64,000 bases of DNA from Candidatus Danuiimicrobium aquiferis. GTDB lineage: Bacteria; Omnitrophota; Omnitrophia; Omnitrophales; Danuiimicrobiaceae. Both the position numbers and the translations under genes were made by a program. The stretch covers positions 14,725-78,724 of the forward strand of contig MHFR01000042.1 of assembly GCA_001804285.1 (NCBI GenBank), read 5' to 3'. The notes beneath the pieces are model-generated. The model made no database searches. It was not told the origin of the DNA and saw nothing but the letters and a program-made list of their open reading frames with translations. The first letter of the stretch is position 1, and each line of letters starts with the position of its first letter. Positions 45,088 to 55,081 of this stretch are shown here, piece after piece.

Positions 45088-45795
45088 ATGCCGATAAATA
45101 AACTTAAGAAAGAGCCTTCTGTTATGGATGAAAAACAGATAGGCGTCCGGTTGATTGATTGGAAAATACCGGTTTTCACTGTTTTGATTTTAATGACAGG
45201 AAGTTGTTTGTTTGCTTTTTCTCGAGCCCAGAAAGCAATCGAAGAAGTCAAAAAAGCTGTTCCACGTTTTGCGGAAGTTGTTCCGGGCATTTATCGATGC
45301 GGGCTTTTGCAGGAGGATGTTGCGCCGTATTTAAAAGAAATGGGTGTCAAAACAGTTCTCAGCTTCCACGATGACCGAACCATCGCAAAAGACGAAGAAA
45401 GTTTCCTCAAAGATTCCGGCATCAATATGGTTTGGCTTCCCTTGCAAGGTTTTGACCGGCCGAGTGATGATTTGACAGAAAAAGCGCTGAAATTGATGTC
45501 TACTTCCGAATTACAGCCGGTTTTGGTTCATTGCAAGCGCGGTGCGGAACGGACAGGGCTAATCGTTGGACTATATCGGATCAAATATCAAAAATGGACC
45601 GCCGAGCAGGCGCGTCAGGAGATGAAAACTTTCGGGTTTCGTGAATTTTGGTATGGACATTTGAAGCAGTATTTGTATGATTATGCAAAGAAGCAAGCAA
45701 GTCAAAATGTTCAGCCAATCGGTTTTTGGGAAGAATTGAAAATTAATACGTTGTATTATTTGTATAAAGTTAAAAAGCTCAATCCTTTTGATTAA
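45088..45795 (+). CDS. Membrane-anchored protein-tyrosine/dual-specificity phosphatase-like protein
   Basis: An N-terminal TM helix is present. The CX5R P-loop 'VHCKRGAERTG' is present. Confidence 0.65.
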   Translation: MPINKLKKEPSVMDEKQIGVRLIDWKIPVFTVLILMTGSCLFAFSRAQKAIEEVKKAVPRFAEVVPGIYRCGLLQEDVAPYLKEMGVKTVLSFHDDRTIAKDEESFLKDSGINMVWLPLQGFDRPSDDLTEKALKLMSTSELQPVLVHCKRGAERTGLIVGLYRIKYQKWTAEQARQEMKTFGFREFWYGHLKQYLYDYAKKQASQNVQPIGFWEELKINTLYYLYKVKKLNPFD

Positions 45796-45821
45796 TAGAA
45801 GTTTTAATAAAGGAGCTTATC

Positions 45822-47177
45822 TTGGGGCGTTTGCGCAGGTTTTTGCGGATATGCGTTACAATGGGTGTTATTGCGCTTATCGTTTTTCCCGCCATTTCTT
45901 TTGCCGAAGTTTCCTACGATAAATATACTCCGACTTGGAAATATCCAAAGGCCTTTCAACCGGGTGAGGCCAACAGACAAAACCGTCAGCAATTTATGCT
46001 GAGGATTTTGGAACAGCCGATTCGCCCTTTTGGTTACGGGATTGGGGAAACTGCTGAGTGGGTTGAGCGACATCATATTGATAAAAAAACAATTTGGTTC
46101 TTCGATGAATTATCTGAGCGCGGAATTCATCCGAAAATGAGAATTTCCCAGAGCAAAGGGACTGGTCCGGCTCTCGAACTTGAATTGGATAAACTCTTCA
46201 AATTCACCAACGAATATTTTTCATTAAAAACATTTGAGGGCGCCGGAGTTATTCCGAATGATTCCGGTCTCAGCTATGATTTTGGCGGAAGTTATCGATT
46301 AAATCTCCCGCCGGAAATTCCGACTTATCAGGAAACCGTTATTTATTATGATAGAAAAACCAGCCAGAACTTTTTCGGAATCGGACAAAATACAAGTTTA
46401 GGCGATTGGTCAACCTATGCGCCTGAAGAGCTGAAATTAAACACATTGATGGGGGTGAAGCCGACGGAACAAATTGAAGGAAAAATGGGTTTTGTATTTC
46501 AACACATGAATATTGGAAATGGCCGGCGCGAACGGGTCGGTAAAATAAAAGAGCATTTTATGAATGCCGATATTCCGGGGATTAGCGGCGGAGATCTGAT
46601 AGGCCTTGAAACGTCAGTTGCGCATGACACGAGGGATCATCAAGATGACCCGAAAAAAGGCGGAATCCAGAAATTGCAATTCGGCTACTTTCATGATGTG
46701 GACAGCAACGACTTTCAATACCTGCAGTTTCAAGGATCTCTCGCTCACTTTTTCTCGCTTGGTTCTGACCGTCGCGTGCTTGCCTTGAGGTTTCATTTAG
46801 AAAAAGATCAAGATGTCGGGAACGGAAATATTCCTTTTTATAACTTACCCCGTCTCGGCGGTGTTACTTCCGGCCAAGAAAGTGAGCTTCTAAGATCTTA
46901 CCGGCATAACCGGTTTATCGAAAAAGGCTTAATGCTTGCCGACCTCGAGTATCGTTATAGTATTTGGGAATATGGAGATTGCGGAGCGGATGCCTTTCTA
47001 TTGACGGATGTCGGAGAAGTATTTAAAGAATTTAGCGGTTTTGGTTTTGAGGAGCTCAAAGGATCTTATGGCGGCGGAATGAATATAAAATTCAGACGGA
47101 AAACGGTCCTTACAATTGTTTGGGCAGCAGGGAATGAAGGATCGAGATTGTCGATGCAGACAAAGGCGTCATTTTAG
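45822..47177 (+). CDS. Putative outer-membrane beta-barrel protein
   Basis: TTG start follows an RBS 'aaaggag'. A signal peptide ends at 'AISFA'. C-terminal beta-strands alternate aromatic residues and end in Phe. Confidence 0.45.
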   Translation: MGRLRRFLRICVTMGVIALIVFPAISFAEVSYDKYTPTWKYPKAFQPGEANRQNRQQFMLRILEQPIRPFGYGIGETAEWVERHHIDKKTIWFFDELSERGIHPKMRISQSKGTGPALELELDKLFKFTNEYFSLKTFEGAGVIPNDSGLSYDFGGSYRLNLPPEIPTYQETVIYYDRKTSQNFFGIGQNTSLGDWSTYAPEELKLNTLMGVKPTEQIEGKMGFVFQHMNIGNGRRERVGKIKEHFMNADIPGISGGDLIGLETSVAHDTRDHQDDPKKGGIQKLQFGYFHDVDSNDFQYLQFQGSLAHFFSLGSDRRVLALRFHLEKDQDVGNGNIPFYNLPRLGGVTSGQESELLRSYRHNRFIEKGLMLADLEYRYSIWEYGDCGADAFLLTDVGEVFKEFSGFGFEELKGSYGGGMNIKFRRKTVLTIVWAAGNEGSRLSMQTKASF

Positions 47178-47195
47178 TTAAATGGATGGAATAAA

Positions 47196-48914
47196 ATGAA
47201 ACGATTAATAAATTTGGAAAAGAAAGAACGAGTTCGTTTATGGCAGCGTGCGGTGACAATGTCTTTAATTTTCACCTTTTCTGCTTGGGGTTTGGTTCCT
47301 GTCAACGCGGTTACCGTTCAGGAACTTGATCAAACGATTAAGGGGCAGGAGATTTCTTTTTATCGGGAGTTTTTTGAGAAGGTTCTTTATAAGCCGGTTT
47401 CACAATTCTTGCGATTAGATTGGATCATCGATAAGGCGACGATGCGGAAGCATTCTGCCCTTGATGTAAACATTTATGATGAAGTTCCGGATTCCGGATT
47501 TTTTACAAACCGTCACGGGAAGAAACGTTTATCTAAAGAAGAGCTTCAGAGGGGAGCGAATCAAGGATCGGGGCCAAAACCGGAAGGTCCGTGGGCAGTT
47601 CTCAAAGGAAAAGCGAGCGGGGTAACCCCCGGACTTGTTATTCAGGATTTGGCCGGGGATCGTTATCTTCTTAAATTTGATCCGCAAGAAAATCCGGAAA
47701 TGACGACCTCCTCCGAAATTATTTCTCAGAAATTCCTTCATGCGATTGGTTATCATGTGGCCGAGTATTATCTGGTTCAATTTTTGCCAGATATTTTGAA
47801 AGTTAATCCGCAAACAACTTATTACAATAAGGACGGATTTAAAAAGCCACTCACAAAAGAAGCGTTAACAGATTTACTTTCGGATGTTCCCAAATATAAA
47901 GGTGGTAAGGTTCGTGCTTCTGCGAGCAAAATGCTTCCGAAGCCGAATAAAGGGAATTCCGATTTGGAAGGGAGAAACAAGAAAGATCCGGACGATTTAA
48001 TTCCGCACGAAAACCGCCGGTCGCTCCGGGCGTTGCGCGTTTTCGGTTCGTGGCTTAATCATTATGATTTGAGGGAAGGAAACACGTTGGATGTTATTGC
48101 CGAAGAGAACGGAAAAGCCTATATAAAGCACTATCTTATTGATTTTGGGTCGACGCTTGGGAGTTCGGCGTACCGGTCGAAAGTCCCTGCGGCAACGCAT
48201 GAGAATGTGGTAGACTGGTTTGAAACGGGAAAAGCAATGGGTGAGTTTAAGATTGTTCAGAAACCCTGGGAAAAAAGATGGGATAAAAACGATCGCTTGA
48301 TTGCCGACAATTCAATCGGGTATTTTGATAATTTATATTTCAATCCGGGGCGTTGGAAAACGCAACTCCCGCATGAGGTTTTTGAACGGCTGACTGTCAG
48401 TGACGCGTTTTGGGCGGTGAAAATTATGATCGCATTTTCAAACGAGGATATTCAAGCGATGGTGGATACTGCGGAATATTCAAAGCCGGAAACAGCGAAA
48501 CTCTTGACGGACATTTTGATTGCGCGACGGGACTTGATTGCGAAAGATTGGTTTGACCGGATGACGCCGCTCGATGACATCCAATTAAGTATCGGTCAAA
48601 AAGTGACGGGGGAAGTTCAGTTTACGGATCTTGCTGTAAAAGCAGGATTTGTTAAGGCGGAAGAAACAAGTTATCGGTATCGATTAACCAGCGGATCTTG
48701 TCATGCGAAAAAAGGTATTATGTATCAAGAGTTTAAGTCTCCGTCTTTTTCTTTTCAAATGCCTGATCCCGGCAAGAAAAACTGCTCCGTATTGGAAATT
48801 CAAGTCAAACGCGTAGGGCAGTCTAAATGGAGCTGCCCGCCGGCAAAAATTTTGTTGAGCTCACCATCGGGCGAAGCCAAAAATATAATTTCTGACATTG
48901 ACCACGGGCTTTAA
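47196..48914 (+). CDS. Secreted/periplasmic protein with protein-kinase-like catalytic motifs
   Basis: An N-terminal signal/anchor is present. 'HYDLREGNTLD' fits an HxDxxxxN catalytic loop. 'LIDFGSTLGS' fits a DFG motif. Confidence 0.35.
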   Translation: MKRLINLEKKERVRLWQRAVTMSLIFTFSAWGLVPVNAVTVQELDQTIKGQEISFYREFFEKVLYKPVSQFLRLDWIIDKATMRKHSALDVNIYDEVPDSGFFTNRHGKKRLSKEELQRGANQGSGPKPEGPWAVLKGKASGVTPGLVIQDLAGDRYLLKFDPQENPEMTTSSEIISQKFLHAIGYHVAEYYLVQFLPDILKVNPQTTYYNKDGFKKPLTKEALTDLLSDVPKYKGGKVRASASKMLPKPNKGNSDLEGRNKKDPDDLIPHENRRSLRALRVFGSWLNHYDLREGNTLDVIAEENGKAYIKHYLIDFGSTLGSSAYRSKVPAATHENVVDWFETGKAMGEFKIVQKPWEKRWDKNDRLIADNSIGYFDNLYFNPGRWKTQLPHEVFERLTVSDAFWAVKIMIAFSNEDIQAMVDTAEYSKPETAKLLTDILIARRDLIAKDWFDRMTPLDDIQLSIGQKVTGEVQFTDLAVKAGFVKAEETSYRYRLTSGSCHAKKGIMYQEFKSPSFSFQMPDPGKKNCSVLEIQVKRVGQSKWSCPPAKILLSSPSGEAKNIISDIDHGL

Positions 48915-48967
48915 TCTGACTGAAATAGTTTCAATTCAGATCACATGGTTTTCTAATCGTAAACTTC

Positions 48968-51439
48968 ATGATAGATTGGATCACTCGAGTTATTCAGCCG
49001 ATAGTTCCGATTAAACGTGAAGAATGGACAAAATCCATTCTCATGTTTTTTTATTTCTTTTTTACGATCACGACTCTCTATATTTTAAAACCCATCCGGA
49101 ATTCTATTTTTCTTGAAGAACACGGCGCGAGCAGCCTTCGCTACGCGTACATGGGAGAGGTGGTATTCCTATCGGTGATCGCTTTTTTCTATGCCAAAAT
49201 TGCGAATTGTTTTAAACGGAAAAATATTCTGGTTTCCATCACCATTTCTTTTTTTCTGGTAAACAGCCTGATATTCTGGGTTATTTTTAAACTCGGCTGG
49301 GCAAAATGGGTCGCATTTTTCTTTTATATTTGGGTTGCGTCGTATTCGATTACGGTTGTGACGCAATTTTGGACGGTTGCGAACGATCTTTTTAACGTAG
49401 ATGAGGCAAAACGCCTGTTCGGTTTTATTTCAAGCGGCGGCGGATTGGGCGGAATGTTTGGAGGTTGGATAACGGACAAAACAGCGCTTGTGCTCGGATC
49501 GGAAAATTTATTATTTATTGTTGCCGGATGCCTGCTGATTTCAATTGTTTTTGTAAACAGTATTTGGAAAAAGGAAGAACCCGCTTTTAATCATCAGTTG
49601 GATCAGGAGCGCTTGACAGCTCAGCGCCAGCCAGACCAGGGTTCCCACGTAAAAGATTACACAAAAAAAGCGTGGAAAGTCATTTTTGATACAAGATATA
49701 TTTTGTTGATTACCGCGCTTGTCGTGATTACGAAAGTCGCTTCCACGCTCATCGATAATCAATTTAATGCCGTTGTGGAACTAAATATTGCCGGCAAAGA
49801 TCTGAAAACAAAATTTTTCGGCAATTTTTTTTATTATTTGAATTTTATTACATTTATTTTACAGCTTCTGATTGCCAGCCGTGTTCTTCGCTACTTCGGA
49901 ATCGGAATTCCGCTTGTCATGCTTCCGGTGGGATTGCTTTTCGGTGCGGGATTGACGTCTTTTATTCCAATTCTTTTTTTTGCCCAATTTACGAAAATCT
50001 TCGACGGCAGTATGAATTATTCTATCAGCCATTTAAGCAAAGAGATCCTGTATCTTCCGATCCCGTTGAATGTGAGATATCGAGTCAAGCCGATTATTGA
50101 TATGCTGGCGTATCGGGCATCAAAAATGATCGCCGGATTGCTTATTATTATTGTTTCTTTTATATTTCCTATAACAGATGAGAAATTGGGCTATGTGGTT
50201 TTGTTTTTAGTTCCCGTTTGGCTTGCCATTATTTGGGCGACGCGCCGTGAATATTTATTAACGATTAAGAAGTTGATTTCGAAAGTGCGCAAACAGAAAA
50301 AAGTTTCATCTGCCGTTCAAAATCGGGCGATCGAGGCATTGACCACACTGGAAGGCGAGAGATCGTATAAAAATTTGAGAAAACTTCTTGTGCATCGTTC
50401 GTCTGCGGCTGAAAAAATTTCAAGTACGGCATGTTTAGCGCTTTATAGCGGAGCGAGTAATATTGACCGCGTGCGTCAGCTTGCCCATGAAATGATTCGT
50501 TATGAGGCGCTTGAGCTTAAAGAAATTAATATGGAGGAATTAGATCAAATGCTATGCCGGACGGATTTTGAAAAACCGACGGTTTTGGATGATTGTCTCG
50601 CGAAACTTCTTGAGCAAGACGAGCGGTACCAAGGCGATTTAAAGGTTTTATTTCAAGAGCATGAGTCAAGACTCCTGTTACAAATTATTAATTTCCTGAG
50701 AAACCCGAAAGAAGAAATTGCGAATAAACATAAGGCCGTTCTGATTTTAACGCTTTTAAGAACGCAAGGTGCAGTAGATGTGTTATTGGAGAATCTGAAA
50801 TTTTCGGAAGATCATTCTTATCGATTTATTTTAATTCAAGGGCTTAATCGGATTTGGGCAAAAGAAAAAGGAGTTCTGATCAGTCCCACGATTGTGAAAA
50901 AAGAAATGATAAAAGAAATTCATGAATATAAAGCCATTGATTCTGTGTATTGGGAATATAAAGACAGAAAAAATGTGATACGGACAGAAGAAGATTATTT
51001 GATGGCGACACTTCATGTGATTCGCGAGGAAGCCGTGGAGCGAATTTCCAGATTGCTTGCACTCCTTTATGAAAGCGATCTTATCCGTTTGATCTATGAT
51101 CGCTTTTCTGACGGGGATGCCGAGAAACATATACGGGCGAATGCGCTTGAACTTTTGAGACATGTCGCAGAACCAGGAATCCTCCGGATGCTTAAACCCG
51201 TGATTGATCCAAAACATAAGAAAATTTCAGATAAAACGCTTGAAGAGATACTTAAACGATTTGTGGGGGGGCGTGATAACTGGCTTGTTATTTGCGGGCT
51301 TTTCCTGATCCTTGAGCTGCATTTAAAGCATTTATATCCTTCCATTCAGGAGAAAACCGCGTCAGAATCGCCTCTGATACGCGAAACGGCGGAAATTATT
51401 CTTGCCAAGTCTGCCGGTGACGATAAAAATCTCCGGTAA
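48968..51439 (+). CDS. TLC-family (ATP/ADP-antiporter-like) transporter fused to C-terminal HEAT-repeat domain
   Basis: The N-terminal ~440 aa are polytopic. 'WTVANDLFNVDEAKRLFGFISSGGGLGGMFGG' matches the TLC signature FANE..EAKRFY. The C-terminal ~380 aa are helical HEAT-like repeats. Confidence 0.6.
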   Translation: MIDWITRVIQPIVPIKREEWTKSILMFFYFFFTITTLYILKPIRNSIFLEEHGASSLRYAYMGEVVFLSVIAFFYAKIANCFKRKNILVSITISFFLVNSLIFWVIFKLGWAKWVAFFFYIWVASYSITVVTQFWTVANDLFNVDEAKRLFGFISSGGGLGGMFGGWITDKTALVLGSENLLFIVAGCLLISIVFVNSIWKKEEPAFNHQLDQERLTAQRQPDQGSHVKDYTKKAWKVIFDTRYILLITALVVITKVASTLIDNQFNAVVELNIAGKDLKTKFFGNFFYYLNFITFILQLLIASRVLRYFGIGIPLVMLPVGLLFGAGLTSFIPILFFAQFTKIFDGSMNYSISHLSKEILYLPIPLNVRYRVKPIIDMLAYRASKMIAGLLIIIVSFIFPITDEKLGYVVLFLVPVWLAIIWATRREYLLTIKKLISKVRKQKKVSSAVQNRAIEALTTLEGERSYKNLRKLLVHRSSAAEKISSTACLALYSGASNIDRVRQLAHEMIRYEALELKEINMEELDQMLCRTDFEKPTVLDDCLAKLLEQDERYQGDLKVLFQEHESRLLLQIINFLRNPKEEIANKHKAVLILTLLRTQGAVDVLLENLKFSEDHSYRFILIQGLNRIWAKEKGVLISPTIVKKEMIKEIHEYKAIDSVYWEYKDRKNVIRTEEDYLMATLHVIREEAVERISRLLALLYESDLIRLIYDRFSDGDAEKHIRANALELLRHVAEPGILRMLKPVIDPKHKKISDKTLEEILKRFVGGRDNWLVICGLFLILELHLKHLYPSIQEKTASESPLIRETAEIILAKSAGDDKNLR

Positions 51440-51511
51440 TTTGGTAACCGTTGATTTTTACTGCAAACCAATATTATAATAGATACTTATTAATTAATAA
51501 GGGAACCTGTT

Positions 51512-52153
51512 GTGTACGAACTATTTTTGATTCTGAATTTGATTATGTTTTTTACGACCGGCTGCGTGGTTCAGCACGCTGTTCCTGTTCTGCCTGCCAT
51601 CTCAACGGAAGGAATTCGGTTGTATTTAAGCGAAGAAGCCTCTTTGGCGCGCGCGATTGAGCAATATTACCAAGTTCGGGATCTTTCCTCCGAGGAAGGT
51701 AAAATCGATTATTTAATTAGCCGGGCGCAAAGCTCAGCTTATATTTTTGTAAGAAATGGCGTGGAATATAGCGGCCGTTTTTCCGCGGAATTTATACGAT
51801 GGAAATTGGGCCGGGTTCGTGAGCAAAAAATTAGTTCGGTTGACACAGCAGAAGTTTTTATTGAAAAAGTAGCTTCTAAATCAAAAATGAGTGGCAAACC
51901 TTATCTCATCAGGGTAGGGAATCAATATTATTATTTTGAGGAAATTCTTAAAAACGAGTTATATTATTTGAATGAATTTTTAAAACGAACAGAAACATTG
52001 GAACAAGAAACTAAAGAGTCAGGCAATCCGGACCCGGTTTTAGCGTCAGCGGCGGAACCAGTTTTTGCGGATTCGAAAATAGAAAACTCTGCTTCGCAGG
52101 CATCAGAGGCTATTCTGTCCGAAAATTCTTTAAGCCAAGAAACCAATTCCTGA
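51512..52153 (+). CDS. Hypothetical lipoprotein
   Basis: GTG start. A signal peptide with lipobox 'FTTGC' is present. Confidence 0.4.
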   Translation: MYELFLILNLIMFFTTGCVVQHAVPVLPAISTEGIRLYLSEEASLARAIEQYYQVRDLSSEEGKIDYLISRAQSSAYIFVRNGVEYSGRFSAEFIRWKLGRVREQKISSVDTAEVFIEKVASKSKMSGKPYLIRVGNQYYYFEEILKNELYYLNEFLKRTETLEQETKESGNPDPVLASAAEPVFADSKIENSASQASEAILSENSLSQETNS

Positions 52154-52233
52154 GGAAAAAAATAAATATCGTTTTTACCGAAATTGAAATTGATTATTTG
52201 AGCTATCGGGAAGTTTTTATAATCTGTTCCGAT

Positions 52234-52274
52234 GGCTCATCCCAGCGCACTTTTTTGTGCGCATGGGATGAGCC
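52234..52274. terminator. Bidirectional terminator hairpin between convergent genes
   Basis: The stem is 'ggctcatcccagcgcac-ttttttgt-gcgcatgggatgagcc', 16-17 bp. Confidence 0.65.
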
Positions 52275-52297
52275 TTAGGCCCCCCCCGACCCCTCGA

Positions 52298-53209
52298 TTA
52301 TTTGCGGGCTGTCATCGACTTTTTGTGTTCTTTTTGTCCCGTGGTTAAAGAAGCGTAAATTGCTTTGATGATTTGTTCTTCCGACTGTTCGGGATCGGCA
52401 ATAGGATAAGAACCGATAATTGTTTTGAGAATAACGGAACCTGTGGGAAAGCAAACAGGTTGATTTTTAAATGCTGTTTGTAATCTTTTTGTGATTTTTA
52501 TGTGAGGGTCTGGTTTTGTGTGAGGAAGCAGAATCATAAATTCGCGATCACTCAAACGTGCAATATAATCGGTTGTCCGAAGAGAGTTTTGAAGGGTTTT
52601 ACTTGCATGTTTTAAGATTAACTCTTTTGACGTTTGGTCTGTTGTTGAAATGTCGTCTATTTGTATGATAAACGCACTCAAGGGCGTCTTATATCGTCGG
52701 CTCCATGCAAGTTCGCGAGTCAGAATTGTTTCAAAACCACGGCGATTTAAAAGTTCCGTTAAAGAATCAAGCAGTACCAATCGATTCAAATCATCTGATT
52801 TGCCTTGTAATTCTTTTACCAATTGATTGCGTTCCACAGCGTAGCGAATCATTCGGACGAGAGAGGATTGTCCCAGCTCACTTTTTAGCAAGTAAGCTTC
52901 TATTCCGCTACGGATAAATTCGATTTCCAAATTTTCGTCATCTATACCCGTTAATACCAGAATCGGAATATGAGGGGCTTTGTCTTTTAGCTTTGAAATT
53001 GTATTTTTTGCTTCGCTGTCAGGTAAAATTAAATCTGTAAGGATCACGTCAATATTGCCGCGCGAAATTCTTTCAATCGCATTTTCAAGACGGGTGGTAT
53101 GTTCTAAGGTGTGATTAAAATTAGGAGCTCGTTCAAGGCGTAATTTCATGATGTTGGCGTCTTGGGCATCATCTTCAATGAGCAATATTTTGATAAGCGA
53201 TTTCATCAT
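52298..53209 (-). CDS. Response regulator: REC receiver domain + degenerate GGDEF domain (SDREF in place of GGDEF)
   Basis: The REC domain 'KILLIEDD...DVILTDLILPD' is present. The GGDEF fold shows 'LDSLTELLNRRGFE' and 'RLSDREFMILLP'. The start is probably Met26/27, not the track start at 53284. Confidence 0.65.
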   Translation of the reverse strand: MMKSLIKILLIEDDAQDANIMKLRLERAPNFNHTLEHTTRLENAIERISRGNIDVILTDLILPDSEAKNTISKLKDKAPHIPILVLTGIDDENLEIEFIRSGIEAYLLKSELGQSSLVRMIRYAVERNQLVKELQGKSDDLNRLVLLDSLTELLNRRGFETILTRELAWSRRYKTPLSAFIIQIDDISTTDQTSKELILKHASKTLQNSLRTTDYIARLSDREFMILLPHTKPDPHIKITKRLQTAFKNQPVCFPTGSVILKTIIGSYPIADPEQSEEQIIKAIYASLTTGQKEHKKSMTARK

Positions 53210-53471
53210 CCGGTTCGCCGTAGGTTTTCCCGTTGGAAGGGTTTTTATTTTTTTATAATGTAGAGATTGTAAACCTGTGGACATGGTTAAGTCAAGAATC
53301 TCGGGACGTAGGGGACTTATTTTTCAAAAGAGCGTGGGTGGAAGTGTACGCGTATCCTGATAAGTTAACCGAAATCCGGAGCTAAACGGAATAAACTTAT
53401 CTCGTTTATTTGCCGTTACTTATGGAGAGATTTTTTGGCTTATTGGCCTTTTTTGGGAGCAGAAAGGAATA

Positions 53472-55034
53472 ATGATGTCAGAAGAAAGTCATCTATGCAC
53501 AGATAGCGAAAAGTTGAAAGAATCAATTTCCAAAGTGATTCAGCCTGATAAAGAATTAAAAACGCTTCCCCCGCTTTTCGGCCAGCCCAAGAGGATTTTG
53601 TTAATTGTCCCGCCCGGGACGCCGGAAGAGTCGTACGGACGACTTTCTGCTGCGGCCGGAGAACTTCCAATGCTGGGCCTTGCTTATATTGCGGCGTCTT
53701 TACGGGAGCAGGGGAACTTGGTTAAAGTGATTGATTGCGAAATTCATGGTTGGCCGATCAGCAAGATTTCAGAAGATATTCGATCATTCAGTCCTGACAT
53801 TATCGGCATGACGGCATATATTACCAATATGAAGCGCTGTGCTGCCGTTGCGCGGGTAGCAAAGGAAATTAATCCGAGAATCACAGTTATTTTAGGAGGG
53901 CCTCAGGTTTCGACGGCACCCGAAGAAGGATTTCACTCGCCCGATGTTGATATCATCGTGATTTCTGAAGGAGAAATTGTTATCCGAAACGTCATCAATG
54001 CGCTTGGTGATGATCATCAATTAAAGCAGGTTAAAGGAATTTGGTTCCGCGATAGAAGCGGTCATGTTATCCAAAATGAACAGGAAGGATTAGTGGCCGA
54101 TATCGATTTATTTCCGCCACCGGCGCTCGATCTTTATGAAATGGATCTATATTTCCCACCGGTTCATATACGCGGCGAGAAGGTAGCGCATCTGATGACG
54201 TCTCGAGGATGCCCCTTCCAATGTACTTTTTGCGAGACCAAGTTGACTTTTGGGAGAAGTATTCGTTATCATTCAATTGAGCGGGTGTTACGGGATTTGG
54301 TGGGATTAATTCGACAAGGATATAAAAGTTTTCAATTTTACGATGATATTTTTACGCTCAATCCAAAGCGGACGGAAGAACTGTGCTGTCGCATCATTGA
54401 AAAAGGATGGAAAATTGAGTGGATTTGTTTTACACGAACGAATTGTGTGAATGATGATTTACTTTCTGTGATGAAAAGGGCGGGTTGTTATTTGATCGTT
54501 TATGGCTGCGAGTCGGGTGATAATGAGTTGCTGAAGCTGATTAAGAAAGGATTGACGATCGAGCAGAATTTAGAAGCGCTCTGGCTCGCAAAAAAACACG
54601 GTATTTTAACGCTTGCCAGTTTTATGCTTGGACTTCCGACAGAGACGTATGATCAATCCCTTAAGACCATTCAGTTTGCTCTGAACCCTTGCCTCGATTA
54701 TGCAGCATTTCCAATTTGTGAACCGTATCCCGGAACGGAATTATGGATAGATGCGGTTAAATATGGAACATTTGATACATCGGGGCGGTATCGAAATAAT
54801 CTTCTCTCGGAAAATGCCGCGGTATGGATTCCTCATGGCCGAACACGAAAAGAATTGGAGCAACTGTCAATTTACGCAATGAAAAGATTCTATTTCCGGC
54901 CGCGGATAATTTGGCAGGGTTTTAAGAATTTTTTTCATCTTCCTATTAAACGGGCAACAAATTATTTCATTGCCGGTTTCAAATATTTCTTTTTTAGCGA
55001 GTCAGATTCTTCTGTCCCCGGAACCCGCTTTTAA
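53472..55034 (+). CDS. B12-binding-domain radical SAM protein
   Basis: An N-terminal B12-binding-like region is present. The motif 'CPFQCTFCE' is CxxxCxxC. Confidence 0.7.
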   Translation: MMSEESHLCTDSEKLKESISKVIQPDKELKTLPPLFGQPKRILLIVPPGTPEESYGRLSAAAGELPMLGLAYIAASLREQGNLVKVIDCEIHGWPISKISEDIRSFSPDIIGMTAYITNMKRCAAVARVAKEINPRITVILGGPQVSTAPEEGFHSPDVDIIVISEGEIVIRNVINALGDDHQLKQVKGIWFRDRSGHVIQNEQEGLVADIDLFPPPALDLYEMDLYFPPVHIRGEKVAHLMTSRGCPFQCTFCETKLTFGRSIRYHSIERVLRDLVGLIRQGYKSFQFYDDIFTLNPKRTEELCCRIIEKGWKIEWICFTRTNCVNDDLLSVMKRAGCYLIVYGCESGDNELLKLIKKGLTIEQNLEALWLAKKHGILTLASFMLGLPTETYDQSLKTIQFALNPCLDYAAFPICEPYPGTELWIDAVKYGTFDTSGRYRNNLLSENAAVWIPHGRTRKELEQLSIYAMKRFYFRPRIIWQGFKNFFHLPIKRATNYFIAGFKYFFFSESDSSVPGTRF

Positions 55035-55081
55035 TAGGAGCTGGTGATTTACATTCTCTCAAGTTGTTGCTCTGTAATTAC

